Virus record (IMG/VR): IMGVR_UViG_3300036856_000040
Coordinates: 1-45,076 of that record
DNA: 45,076 nucleotides
Direction: 5' to 3' (one strand)
Source of the DNA: a virus
Lineage: Duplodnaviria > Caudoviricetes
How positions within the stretch are numbered: position 1 is the stretch's first letter; every line of letters begins with the position of its first letter. Positions 1 to 7,594 of the stretch are shown in pieces. The notes under the pieces are model-generated. The model saw nothing but the letters and a program-made list of their open reading frames with translations, had not been told where the DNA came from and searched no databases. A program made the position numbers and the translations under genes.

Positions 1-127
1 GGGTGGCCGAGGTCGGCCACCAGGGCGCGGACGTCGTCCTGCTGCTGCACGGCATGCGCCGCGCCGACTTCGGCCCGGACGTGCGCACCGAGTTCATGAA
101 GCTGTTCATGGAGGCCGAGGGGCGCGC
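1..127 (+). repeat. Terminal direct repeat copy 1 (assembly circularisation overlap)
   Basis: 1-127 is identical to 44950-45076; an ORF reads through the junction. Confidence 0.95.
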
Positions 128-164
128 GGAGGCGTTCGTGGCGGAGCACGGGGGCGGGTCGTGA
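1..164 (+). CDS. 3' part of a ~69-aa hypothetical protein spanning the circular junction (starts at 44904)
   Basis: MADAYEMTGAVPLPNGVAEVGHQGADVVLLLHGMRRADF...EHGGGS*; TGA 162-164 overlaps the GTG at 161. Confidence 0.75.
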   Translation, partial: VAEVGHQGADVVLLLHGMRRADFGPDVRTEFMKLFMEAEGRAEAFVAEHGGGS

Positions 165-811
165 AGCCTCGGCTGCTGGACCTGTTCTGCAAGGCGGGCG
201 GCGCCGCGGTCGGCTACCACCGCGCGGGCTTCGAGGTCGTCGGCGTGGACATCGAGCCGCAGCCCAACTACCCGTTCGAGTTCCACCAGGCCGACGCGCT
301 TACGTACCCGCTGGACGGGTTCGACGCCTACCACGGCAGCGCGCCCTGCCAGGACCACACGCCGCTCGCCGCCCTCGTCGGCGGCCACGGCACCGGATGG
401 ATGCTTGGCGCCGCCCGCAAGCGCCTGGCCGCCACCGGCCGGCCGTTCGTCCTGGAGAACGTGCCCGGCGCGCCCATGCGGCCCGACGTCGTGCTCTGCG
501 GCCACATGTTCACCCCGCGGCTCCGCACCCAGCGCCACCGGTGGTTCGAGCTGCACGGCTTCGAGTGCCCGGCGCCACCGCACCGGCACGCGCCCGGCGT
601 GCGCACGGCCACCAGCAGGCGCCGCGAGCGATGGGCGCAAGGCTGGGACGTGTCGATCACCGGCGACGTCGGGACCTACGTCGGGCCCGAGGCCATGGGC
701 ATCGACTGGATGACCGGGAACGAGCTGAGCCAGGCCATCCCGCCCGTCTACACCGAGCACATCGGGCGCGCCTTGATCGAGGCGCTGGAGCGCGCGGCGG
801 TGACCGCATGA
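161..811 (+). CDS. DNA cytosine-5 methyltransferase (short phage type)
   Basis: Motif I LDLFCKAGG, motif IV SAPCQ, motif VI ENV, RHRWF (motif VIII-like). Confidence 0.85.
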   Translation: MKPRLLDLFCKAGGAAVGYHRAGFEVVGVDIEPQPNYPFEFHQADALTYPLDGFDAYHGSAPCQDHTPLAALVGGHGTGWMLGAARKRLAATGRPFVLENVPGAPMRPDVVLCGHMFTPRLRTQRHRWFELHGFECPAPPHRHAPGVRTATSRRRERWAQGWDVSITGDVGTYVGPEAMGIDWMTGNELSQAIPPVYTEHIGRALIEALERAAVTA

Positions 812-999
812 CTATCCCCCAGCCGCAGCACCGCCGCCGCTGGCTCACCACCTGCTCGTGCGGCCGGCGCTTCTGGGGCTCCTCACGGTGGGCCGGGCGC
901 GGCTGGCAGGCGTACGCGCGGCACTGGCGCGAAGTGCACGAAGGGCGGCCAGCGTGCCGCAGGTGCCGGGTGTGGCGCAGGCAGGAGGCGGCGAGGTGA
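808..999 (+). CDS. Small basic Cys/His protein (63 aa)
   Basis: ATGA and GTGA overlaps with both neighbours; CSC...HWREVH...CRRC. Confidence 0.6.
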   Translation: MTIPQPQHRRRWLTTCSCGRRFWGSSRWAGRGWQAYARHWREVHEGRPACRRCRVWRRQEAAR

Positions 1000-1508
1000 G
1001 CGCGCTCTTTGAGATCAGCGCCGCCGACGTGGCCGACACGAATGACGACTGGTACACGCCGTCATGGCTGTTCGACGCTGCCGGGCTCGTGTTCGATCTC
1101 GACGTGGCTGCCCAGGTTGACCCGGCCCGCCGCACCTGTCCGGCCCGCCGCTACCTCACGCCGGTTGAGGACGGATTGAGCCAGCCATGGGAGGGGTTCG
1201 TGTGGATGAATCCGCCGTTCTCCGGTTCGCGCCCCTGGGTGGAGCGGTTCGCCAAGCATCGATCAGGCATGGCGTTGCTGCCGACGATAAGGCGGCAATG
1301 GTTCGGGACGCTCATCCGGTGCGCCGACGCTATCGCGTTGCTCGAGGTTGACTTCATCCGCCCTAACGGAGGCCGGGGCGACCTGCCCCAGGTGTCGGTT
1401 ATCGCAGGATGCGGTGGGGCGGCAGTCGACGCCATCGGGCGCGTAGCGGCAGCGGACAGGTACCTGCAAGGCGCTTACCACGTGCGGCCGGTTGCGGGGC
1501 GGCCATGA
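996..1508 (+). CDS. Phage Dam-like DNA N6-adenine methyltransferase
   Basis: DDWYTP, FDLDVAA, DGLSQPW and WMNPPF motifs; GTG start coupled to the upstream stop. Confidence 0.85.
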   Translation: MSALFEISAADVADTNDDWYTPSWLFDAAGLVFDLDVAAQVDPARRTCPARRYLTPVEDGLSQPWEGFVWMNPPFSGSRPWVERFAKHRSGMALLPTIRRQWFGTLIRCADAIALLEVDFIRPNGGRGDLPQVSVIAGCGGAAVDAIGRVAAADRYLQGAYHVRPVAGRP

Positions 1509-1750
1509 CCGTCAAGACCGACCGCACAGACTGCGCCGAGTGCGGGGCCCGCATCATCCGCGCCAGAGGCTACGCACCCCTCAACTACTGGCCCGACCCG
1601 CAAGGCGTCGTCGCTGCCCAGCACACCGCATCGGGAGCGTGGGTGGCGCGGTTCCTGGGCCCAGGTGACAGGCCGGTGACGCCGGAGAAACGCTACTCGG
1701 TGCATGAGTGCGACCCGGCGACCCCCGGTTTACCCGCCAGTAGCCCGTAA
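1505..1750 (+). CDS. Hypothetical zinc-binding protein (81 aa)
   Basis: ATGA overlap; CAECG...HEC. Confidence 0.65.
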   Translation: MTVKTDRTDCAECGARIIRARGYAPLNYWPDPQGVVAAQHTASGAWVARFLGPGDRPVTPEKRYSVHECDPATPGLPASSP

Positions 1751-1790
1751 CGACAGCCCCTAAACGACGTCACAAGGAAGCGGAAATTCG

Positions 1791-2237
1791 GTGCCACTGC
1801 CCTGGGTTCGCCTCGATACGGCGTTCCCCTTCAACCCCAAGCTGCTCGCCATGCTCGCCGAGAAAGACGGGCACCGGGCGGCGCTGGTGTACGTCTGCTC
1901 ACTCAGCTGCAGCGGCGCGCAGGGCACGGACGGCTTCATCTCACGCGAGACGCTGCCGTTCATTCACGGCCGCGAGATCGACGCCGGCCGCCTCGTCAAG
2001 TACGGCTTCTGGCACGAACAGCCTGGTGGATGGCTCATCAACGGCTGGGACGAGTTCCAGGAGTCGAACGAGGAGACCCAGCAGCGGCGCAAGCGGGCCC
2101 AGGCCGGCGCGGCCGCGCGGTGGGACGGCCATGAGGCGTCCAGCGGTGCCGAGCGGACCCGGCGATGGCGTGAGCGGCAGCGTGAGAAAGGGGGTCGTGA
2201 CGATGGCAACCGCAACGTCACAAGCATCGTCACGTGA
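1791..2237 (+). CDS. Replication initiator-like protein (actinophage RepA/replisome-organiser N-terminal type)
   Basis: PWVRLDTAF..NPK, TDGFI, GWLINGWDEFQ, then basic RRKRAQ/RTRRWRERQR; GTCAC repeats at the 3' end. Confidence 0.7.
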   Translation: MPLPWVRLDTAFPFNPKLLAMLAEKDGHRAALVYVCSLSCSGAQGTDGFISRETLPFIHGREIDAGRLVKYGFWHEQPGGWLINGWDEFQESNEETQQRRKRAQAGAAARWDGHEASSGAERTRRWRERQREKGGRDDGNRNVTSIVT

Positions 2238-2373
2238 CGATCCGCGAGGCAATGCCTGTGACATTCGCACTAACGGACGGACGGACGTACTTACACCAGA
2301 AGCCCGTCACCGTGATCAAAAAATCTAACCCGCCGTAACGCGCGCACGCAGGGCGAGATTTGCCTGTGGAAAA
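2196..2373. promoter_or_regulatory. Putative replication origin (GTCAC/GTGAC iteron-like motifs, 16-bp palindrome, DnaA box)
   Basis: ATCGTCACGTGACGAT 2226-2241; ACGTCACAAG at 2215-2224 (also 1767-1776); TGTGGAAAA 2365-2373 fits TTWTNCACA on the minus strand; A-rich tracts. Confidence 0.55.
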
Positions 2374-2383
2374 CCCAAAAGCT

Positions 2384-2413
2384 CCCGCACGGCCCCCGCC
2401 CGGGCCGTGCGGG
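2384..2413 (+). promoter_or_regulatory. 12-bp GC hairpin upstream of a strong SD
   Basis: CCCGCACGGCCC-6 nt-GGGCCGTGCGGG; AAGGAG at 2437-2442. Confidence 0.5.
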
Positions 2414-2449
2414 GTCCATCCCGCTAACCAACCACCAAGGAGATACCCA

Positions 2450-3010
2450 ATGCGCACGAGCATCAAGACCCTGGCCACCGCCGCAGCCGCCATCGCGGCC
2501 ACCGCGGGCTTCGCTGTCACCGCACAGGCCAGCACCACCGGATGCACCGGCGGCGTCTACAGCGGCTACTGCGGCACCCAGAAGTCCGCCGAGACCACCT
2601 CCATGGCCTGGAACGTCTACCAGCAGACCGCCAAGGCCGGAACGAAGATCATCGCCTACACGCCCGGCAGCTACCAGGCCGAGGACTTCTTCACGTTCGC
2701 CTACCAGGGCGGCTCCACGAAGGTGTTCGAGTACGCGCCCAACGGCGTCGCCTCGAACCTGTGCATCAGCGAGCCCGCCGCCCACGCCGGGCTGGAACTC
2801 CGGGTCTGCAACGGCTCGCGCTGGCAGCAGGAGCAGGCCACCGCGGCCGCCACGGTCACCGTGAACGGCCAGGACGTCCAGACCTTCACGTGGACCAACG
2901 TCGCCACCGGCGACACCATCACCGACCCCGCCGGGCTCCGGTCCCAGCTGGCCGGTATCGATGCCCCGGCCACCCCGATCGCGGCCAGCGAGTTCTACTT
3001 CAGCAGCTGA
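2450..3010 (+). CDS. Secreted protein, possible ricin-B/beta-trefoil lectin-like domain
   Basis: AAGGAG SD; Sec-type signal MRTSIK-hydrophobic-AQA|S; NLCISEP...LRVCNGSRWQQ resembles a ricin-B repeat. Confidence 0.6.
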   Translation: MRTSIKTLATAAAAIAATAGFAVTAQASTTGCTGGVYSGYCGTQKSAETTSMAWNVYQQTAKAGTKIIAYTPGSYQAEDFFTFAYQGGSTKVFEYAPNGVASNLCISEPAAHAGLELRVCNGSRWQQEQATAAATVTVNGQDVQTFTWTNVATGDTITDPAGLRSQLAGIDAPATPIAASEFYFSS

Positions 3011-3153
3011 CCATGCCCCACCGAGCGGACGGGCCGCTGCCCATCCACGAGGCCGCCCAGCGTGCGATCCAGCACGCTGGGCGGGTCCTCGCGGCCGACC
3101 TGCATCATCACCACGGAACACCCCCAGACGACACCACCACGGAGGCACCAGCC

Positions 3154-3459
3154 ATGACCACGCCCGCCACGACGCCCGCGATCGACCCCGACGCCATCGC
3201 CGCCGACTTCGCCCGCATCCAGGCCATGGTCGGCGAGTTCGCCGCCACGCTGCCCGGCGTCCTGGACTTCGTCCGCACCCTCGCCGCCAACCCGGTCGTC
3301 CCGGCCCTGCTGCGCGCCCAGCACGTCCCGCCGGGCAAGCTCACCGCCGTCGCCGGGATCGTCGACGCCATCGCCGAGCTGACGCCCAAGGACGCCACCA
3401 TGGCCCAGCCCGAACCGGCCGCGCCCAAGGACGCCGACACGGCCAAGGGCGGCGCGTGA
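3154..3459 (+). CDS. Hypothetical protein (alternative start 3013)
   Basis: GGAGG at 3141-3145; high-GC3 codon usage. Confidence 0.65.
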   Translation: MTTPATTPAIDPDAIAADFARIQAMVGEFAATLPGVLDFVRTLAANPVVPALLRAQHVPPGKLTAVAGIVDAIAELTPKDATMAQPEPAAPKDADTAKGGA

Positions 3460-3461
3460 CC

Positions 3462-3686
3462 ATGGCTACGACCAGAGCTGAGCACCTCGCATGGTGCAAA
3501 GAGCGCGCGCTGGAGTACGCCGGCCAGGGCGACAACGCGCAGGCGATGGCGTCGATGACCTCCGACCTGAGCAAGCACCCCGAGACCGAGGGTCACTCCG
3601 GCGTCGAGCTGATGATGATGCTCGCTATCGCTGGCCAGTTCGAGCGGCCCGGCGAGCTGCGGAAGTTCATCGAAGGCTTCAACTGA
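3462..3686 (+). CDS. Conserved phage hypothetical protein (74 aa)
   Basis: TRAEHLAWCKERALEY...SDLSKHPET...FIEGFN, a pattern familiar from phage small proteins. Confidence 0.75.
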   Translation: MATTRAEHLAWCKERALEYAGQGDNAQAMASMTSDLSKHPETEGHSGVELMMMLAIAGQFERPGELRKFIEGFN

Positions 3687-3689
3687 GCC

Positions 3690-4271
3690 ATGGCAGACGA
3701 CCTCACCGCGTCCTGCGCCACCATCGCCAAGCTGCTGCCCGTCGCTGACGCCCTCGTCACCGAGCCCGACACCGACGGCACCAGCAGCGGCGGCAAGCCC
3801 GGCAGCAGCCCGCCATGGAACCCGGCCGCCGCCAGCGCGGCCATGGACGCCCATGAAGGCCTGCGCCGCCTGGAGGCGTCCATGCGCCACGCCGTCACCG
3901 GCCACACCGGGCCGCGCCGCGGTGGCTCCAGCGCCAACACCATGGCCGCCATCGTGGCGATCGAGGCGCTCGGCCAGGCTGTCACCACCGACGCCATGGC
4001 CCGGGCCGCGCGGATCCTCGACGGGTGGTCCCGGCAGATCCAGGAACTGCCCGCCGTGGACGAGGCCGAGCCGTGGCGGCGTGTCCCGGCGCGGTGCCCG
4101 TACTGCGGGTTCGGGATGCTGCGGGTGGCGCCACGGTCCGGGCAGGTGACGTGCCTGCGGTACGGGGCGTGCCGGGACAGCGAAGGGCACCATCCGGTTG
4201 GGCGGATGGACGTCTCGCGGCTCACTGGCGACCCGCTGATCCGGTGGAACGACGGGCTGGTGGCGCCGTGA
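3690..4271 (+). CDS. Zinc-ribbon protein, putative late-gene regulator
   Basis: KPGSSPPWN motif and C-terminal CPYCG...CLRYGAC; position upstream of the packaging genes. Confidence 0.6.
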   Translation: MADDLTASCATIAKLLPVADALVTEPDTDGTSSGGKPGSSPPWNPAAASAAMDAHEGLRRLEASMRHAVTGHTGPRRGGSSANTMAAIVAIEALGQAVTTDAMARAARILDGWSRQIQELPAVDEAEPWRRVPARCPYCGFGMLRVAPRSGQVTCLRYGACRDSEGHHPVGRMDVSRLTGDPLIRWNDGLVAP

Positions 4272-4468
4272 TGGCCGTTAGGCGCTGCTGGTGGTGCGGT
4301 CACCCCGCAGAGGTGGACACGGAGCTTCCCGAGTCGTCCGGCATGGTCAAGGACAGCGACTCAAGCTGGCTCTGTGCAGACGGGGAAGCATGCAGTCGGC
4401 GGGCTTACGCGGCCATGGTCAAGCCCGGCTATCGGCGGAACATGGGCGCGCCTGAAGTCACGCCGTGA
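4271..4468 (+). CDS. Small zinc-finger protein (65 aa)
   Basis: TGATG overlap; CWWC...WLCADGEAC. Confidence 0.6.
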   Translation: MAVRRCWWCGHPAEVDTELPESSGMVKDSDSSWLCADGEACSRRAYAAMVKPGYRRNMGAPEVTP

Positions 4469-4514
4469 GCCATGCTCACGCGCACCACCGGCCGCATCGT
4501 GCACCATGGGTGCC

Positions 4515-4763
4515 ATGCCCACGGCGGTCACCCTCACCCTCGCCGAAGCGGTCGCCGTCCTCGACCCGCCCATGACCGAGCAGCAGCTCCGCGCCATCGT
4601 CACCGCGCTCGGCTGGGAACCGGCAGGCCAGCGGCACACCGGCCGCGCTGGACGGCCCGCCGCCGCCTACGATGCGACACGACTCATGGGGTTGCACGCC
4701 GCCTTGTCGCCATTCAACGACCGAATAGCGTACGGTAATAGCCACGCGACAGCACTGTCCTGA
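4515..4763 (+). CDS. HTH DNA-binding protein (MerR/Xis-like)
   Basis: LTLAEAVAVLDPPMTEQQLRAIV...GRPAAAYD. Confidence 0.6.
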   Translation: MPTAVTLTLAEAVAVLDPPMTEQQLRAIVTALGWEPAGQRHTGRAGRPAAAYDATRLMGLHAALSPFNDRIAYGNSHATALS

Positions 4764-4796
4764 AGCCGCACGCCCACCATGGGCCGTGCGGCTTTT
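4763..4796 (+). terminator. Intrinsic terminator-like hairpin
   Basis: AAGCCGCACG...CGTGCGGCTT followed by TT. Confidence 0.6.
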
Positions 4797-4821
4797 CCAT
4801 GCCCCAGGAAGGTGAGCCACC

Positions 4822-5142
4822 ATGACCACGCCGGACCCCACCGCCAGCGCCGCCGCTGACCTGGAGAACGCCCGCAACCAGATGGTGCAGACCGCCAACG
4901 CCATGCGGGACCACCTCAACGCCGTCCGCCAGCAGCTGGAAAAGATCGACCTGTCCGGCCTGGACAATCTCGCCGCCGAACTCGCCAACGACACCGGCGC
5001 CACCCAGGACAGCACCGGCGCCAGCGCCAGCGCCAGCGACACCAGCGCGGCCAACGCGGGAGCGGCCGCCAGCCAGAAGGACAGCGGCAGCGCCAAGACG
5101 GCCAGCAGCAGCTCCAGCTCCGGCAGCTCCTCGTCGAAGTAG
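4822..5142 (+). CDS. Coiled-coil protein with Ser/Ala-rich tail
   Basis: GGAAGGTG SD; 106 aa. Confidence 0.75.
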   Translation: MTTPDPTASAAADLENARNQMVQTANAMRDHLNAVRQQLEKIDLSGLDNLAAELANDTGATQDSTGASASASDTSAANAGAAASQKDSGSAKTASSSSSSGSSSSK

Positions 5143-5144
5143 CC

Positions 5145-5276
5145 ATGGCTGAGGTAGCGCTCCCGGCCGGCATGGCCATCGACGGCGCTGTCGTCGAGCT
5201 GGCCCAGGCCGCTGACGGCACCATCAGCGCCGACCTGCGCATCCCCGCACCATCAGCGGCCCAGCCTCAGCTGTGA
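5145..5276 (+). CDS. Hypothetical protein (43 aa)
   Basis: MAEVALPAGMAIDGAVVELAQAADGTISADLRIPAPSAAQPQL*; fills the gap, GTGA overlap. Confidence 0.5.
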   Translation: MAEVALPAGMAIDGAVVELAQAADGTISADLRIPAPSAAQPQL

Positions 5277-5569
5277 CCGCCACCCTCAAGCAGATCCTCG
5301 CCGCCGTCCAGGTGGCCAACCAGAAGCTGGATGTACTCATGACCCAGAGCGACGACCTCAACGCCGACGTCCAGGCCATCGACCAGGCCGTCACCGACCT
5401 CGGCACCGCGGCCAGCTCCATCGAAGCCGAGATCGCCGCGCTGAAGGCGGCCAACCCGGCGCTCGACCTGTCCGCCCTCGACAGCGCGGTCGGCTCGCTC
5501 AAGACCGCCGTGGACGGTGTGGCGGCGATCGCGCCGGCCAGCCAGGACAGCACGCCGCCCGCCAGCTAA
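5273..5569 (+). CDS. Ala-rich coiled-coil protein
   Basis: Heptad pattern; DLSALD motif shared with 4822-5142. Confidence 0.75.
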   Translation: MTATLKQILAAVQVANQKLDVLMTQSDDLNADVQAIDQAVTDLGTAASSIEAEIAALKAANPALDLSALDSAVGSLKTAVDGVAAIAPASQDSTPPAS

Positions 5570-5583
5570 GTACCATCGAAGCC

Positions 5584-5847
5584 ATGGCTGGCGAACGCAA
5601 CCTCGACCTGACGGCGAATGGCCTGACCCAGGACCAGTGGCGACGCTTGTGCCTGCGCGCATTCGAGAACCTGGCCACGGACACGCCGGTCACAATGGAC
5701 GACGTCGACGCCATCCTGACGTGGTGCCTGCCTGAGTACGACCGGATGCGCCAAGCGGGACCACAGGACGCACCGTCCGACGAGGAGCGGATCCGCGACG
5801 CCATGGCCGAGGCGCAGGACCACCCCGGCCGCACCGTCACCAGGTAG
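5584..5847 (+). CDS. Hypothetical protein
   Basis: 87-aa ORF tightly packed in the operon. Confidence 0.6.
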   Translation: MAGERNLDLTANGLTQDQWRRLCLRAFENLATDTPVTMDDVDAILTWCLPEYDRMRQAGPQDAPSDEERIRDAMAEAQDHPGRTVTR

Positions 5848-5849
5848 CC

Positions 5850-6176
5850 GTGGCCGCCCGCACGCGCCGCGACATGCAGCGCTGGGCGCGCCGCGGCACT
5901 ACCGCGCAACGTGGCTACGGCACAGCCCACCGGACGCTGCGCGAGCAGCGGCTGGCGGTCTACCGGCCAGGCGACCTGTGCGCCCACGGCGGCGAGCCGC
6001 TGACGTGGTGGCCGCTGACCGTCGCACGCCGGTACCTCGACCTGCCGCACAACGCCGACCGCACCGGCTACCTGCCCGGGCTGGCATGCCGCTACCACAA
6101 CCGGCAGGACGGCGCGGTGCGTGGCAACCGGATGCGCGGGCAGATGCGGCAGTGGCGGACGTCGCGTCAGTGGTGA
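5850..6176 (+). CDS. Packaging-associated HNH-like endonuclease
   Basis: TAQRGYG..HR..R, CAHGGEPL, DLPHN..R, CRYHNR; immediately before the terminase. Confidence 0.7.
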   Translation: MAARTRRDMQRWARRGTTAQRGYGTAHRTLREQRLAVYRPGDLCAHGGEPLTWWPLTVARRYLDLPHNADRTGYLPGLACRYHNRQDGAVRGNRMRGQMRQWRTSRQW

Positions 6177-6414
6177 CGGCAACGACAGTCACCATCTAAG
6201 CGGTGGTCACAGACGGTTACCACGGTCGGGGCGGTGACCGGTCAGCCTCCGACCACCCGTCAGGGACTCCAACCACCCCGCACTGCATAACCGCAGGTCA
6301 GCGAATCGCGCTCTCTGATGGGGCTATATCTGCCGACTCCGCAGCCGATGTTTTTTTTCCACGCTCAAAATTAGGACACTGCGGGACAAAGCAAAGCGGG
6401 GAGGGTGACAATCC
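6177..6414. other. Putative cos/packaging-initiation region
   Basis: Non-coding gap between HNH and TerS; T8 run; switch from C-rich to G-rich top strand; exact cut site not identifiable. Confidence 0.5.
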
Positions 6415-6705
6415 GTGACCTCCCCGAAGCCGCGCCCGAAGACCGGCCCGGTTGAGCGCGCGGCCCGGCGTGAGCTGCGCACGCTGGGCTGCTCGGTGCA
6501 GGCCGACGCTTCCGCCGCGCTGGCGGTGGCGCTGGCCCGGCAGATCGACAGCTCGCGTGGCGCGGTCGCCGCGGCGGCCGCGGCGGCCCAGCTGCGTCTC
6601 CTGCTGGCCGATCTGCGGGCCGCGAACGCCCGGCCGGAAAGGACGAGGGTTGATGACCTCCGCGCTGATGAGCTTGCCGCGCGGCGGCGTTCCGCTGCGG
6701 GGTGA
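6415..6705 (+). CDS. Terminase small subunit
   Basis: GPVERAAR..LA..LARQID..QLRLLL..VDDLRA pattern of actinophage TerS; precedes TerL. Confidence 0.8.
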   Translation: MTSPKPRPKTGPVERAARRELRTLGCSVQADASAALAVALARQIDSSRGAVAAAAAAAQLRLLLADLRAANARPERTRVDDLRADELAARRRSAAG

Positions 6706-7594
6706 GCAGGAGCCGCGTGTCTGCTCGCTGCCGGATTACGACGCGGACGAGTCGGGCCGCAACGCGGTGGCCCTGGCCGGTGTCGCGGGCCTGAGCCTGG
6801 ATCCGTGGCAGAGCCTGGTCCTGGAGTCCGGGCTGCGGCGGCGTGGCGGCAAGTGGGCGGCGTTCGAGGTGGCGCTGATCGTGGCGCGGCAGAACGGCAA
6901 GGGCACCGTGCTGGAGGCGCTGGAACTGGCGGCCCTGTTCCTGTTCCCGGACATCCGCCTGATCCTGCATTCGGCGCATGAGTTCAAGACGGCGGCTGAG
7001 GCGTTCCTGCGGATCCGGTCGCTGATCGAGGGGAACCCGGAGTTCGAGTCGCGGGTGGCGCGGATCCGGACGGCGGCGGGCGCCGAGTCGGTGGAGCTGA
7101 AGGACGGCAAGCGGCTGCGGTTCGTGGCCCGCTCGTCCGGTTCGGGCCGCGGCTTCACGTCGGATCTGGTGATCCTGGACGAGGCGTACAACCTGGGTGA
7201 CCGGGAAATGTCGGCGCTGCTGCCGACGCTGTCCGCGCGGCCGGACCCGCAGATCTGGTACACGTCTTCGGCGGGCGGCCCGGATTCGGTCCAGCTCGGC
7301 CAGGTGCGGGCGCGTGGCGTGGCGGGCGGTGACCGGTCGCTGGCGTTCATGGAGTGGTCGGCGGACGAGAGCGGTTACGACCCGGCGGACCCGGCGGACT
7401 GGGCGCGGGCGAACCCGGGCCTGGGTATCCGTATCGACCCGGAGTATGTCGAGCGGGAGCGGGCGGCGCTGGGCCCGGATGCGTTCGCCCGGGAGCGGCT
7501 GTCGATCGGGGATTACCCGGCCGACGCCGGCAACTGGGAGACGATCGCGGCGGACGCCTGGTCGGCGTGCGCGGCGCCGCAGGTGCGGCTGTGA
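6653..7594 (+). CDS. Terminase large subunit, ATPase domain
   Basis: LDPWQ (adenine-binding), VARQNGKG (Walker A), GRGF..DLVILDEA (Walker B), YTSSAG, WARANPGLG, FARERL. Confidence 0.9.
   Translation: MTSALMSLPRGGVPLRGEQEPRVCSLPDYDADESGRNAVALAGVAGLSLDPWQSLVLESGLRRRGGKWAAFEVALIVARQNGKGTVLEALELAALFLFPDIRLILHSAHEFKTAAEAFLRIRSLIEGNPEFESRVARIRTAAGAESVELKDGKRLRFVARSSGSGRGFTSDLVILDEAYNLGDREMSALLPTLSARPDPQIWYTSSAGGPDSVQLGQVRARGVAGGDRSLAFMEWSADESGYDPADPADWARANPGLGIRIDPEYVERERAALGPDAFARERLSIGDYPADAGNWETIAADAWSACAAPQVRL

Noticed and set aside
1-127. Biological direct terminal repeat (T7-like ends)
   Set aside because: Length matches a typical assembler k-mer overlap, it falls mid-gene, and the HNH-TerS-HK97 layout points to cos ends near 6.2-6.4 kb.
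7354-7590. Upstream extension of the nuclease ORF given in the ORF track
   Set aside because: Gly/Arg-rich shadow sequence overlapping the ATPase gene; the real start is most likely GTG 7591.
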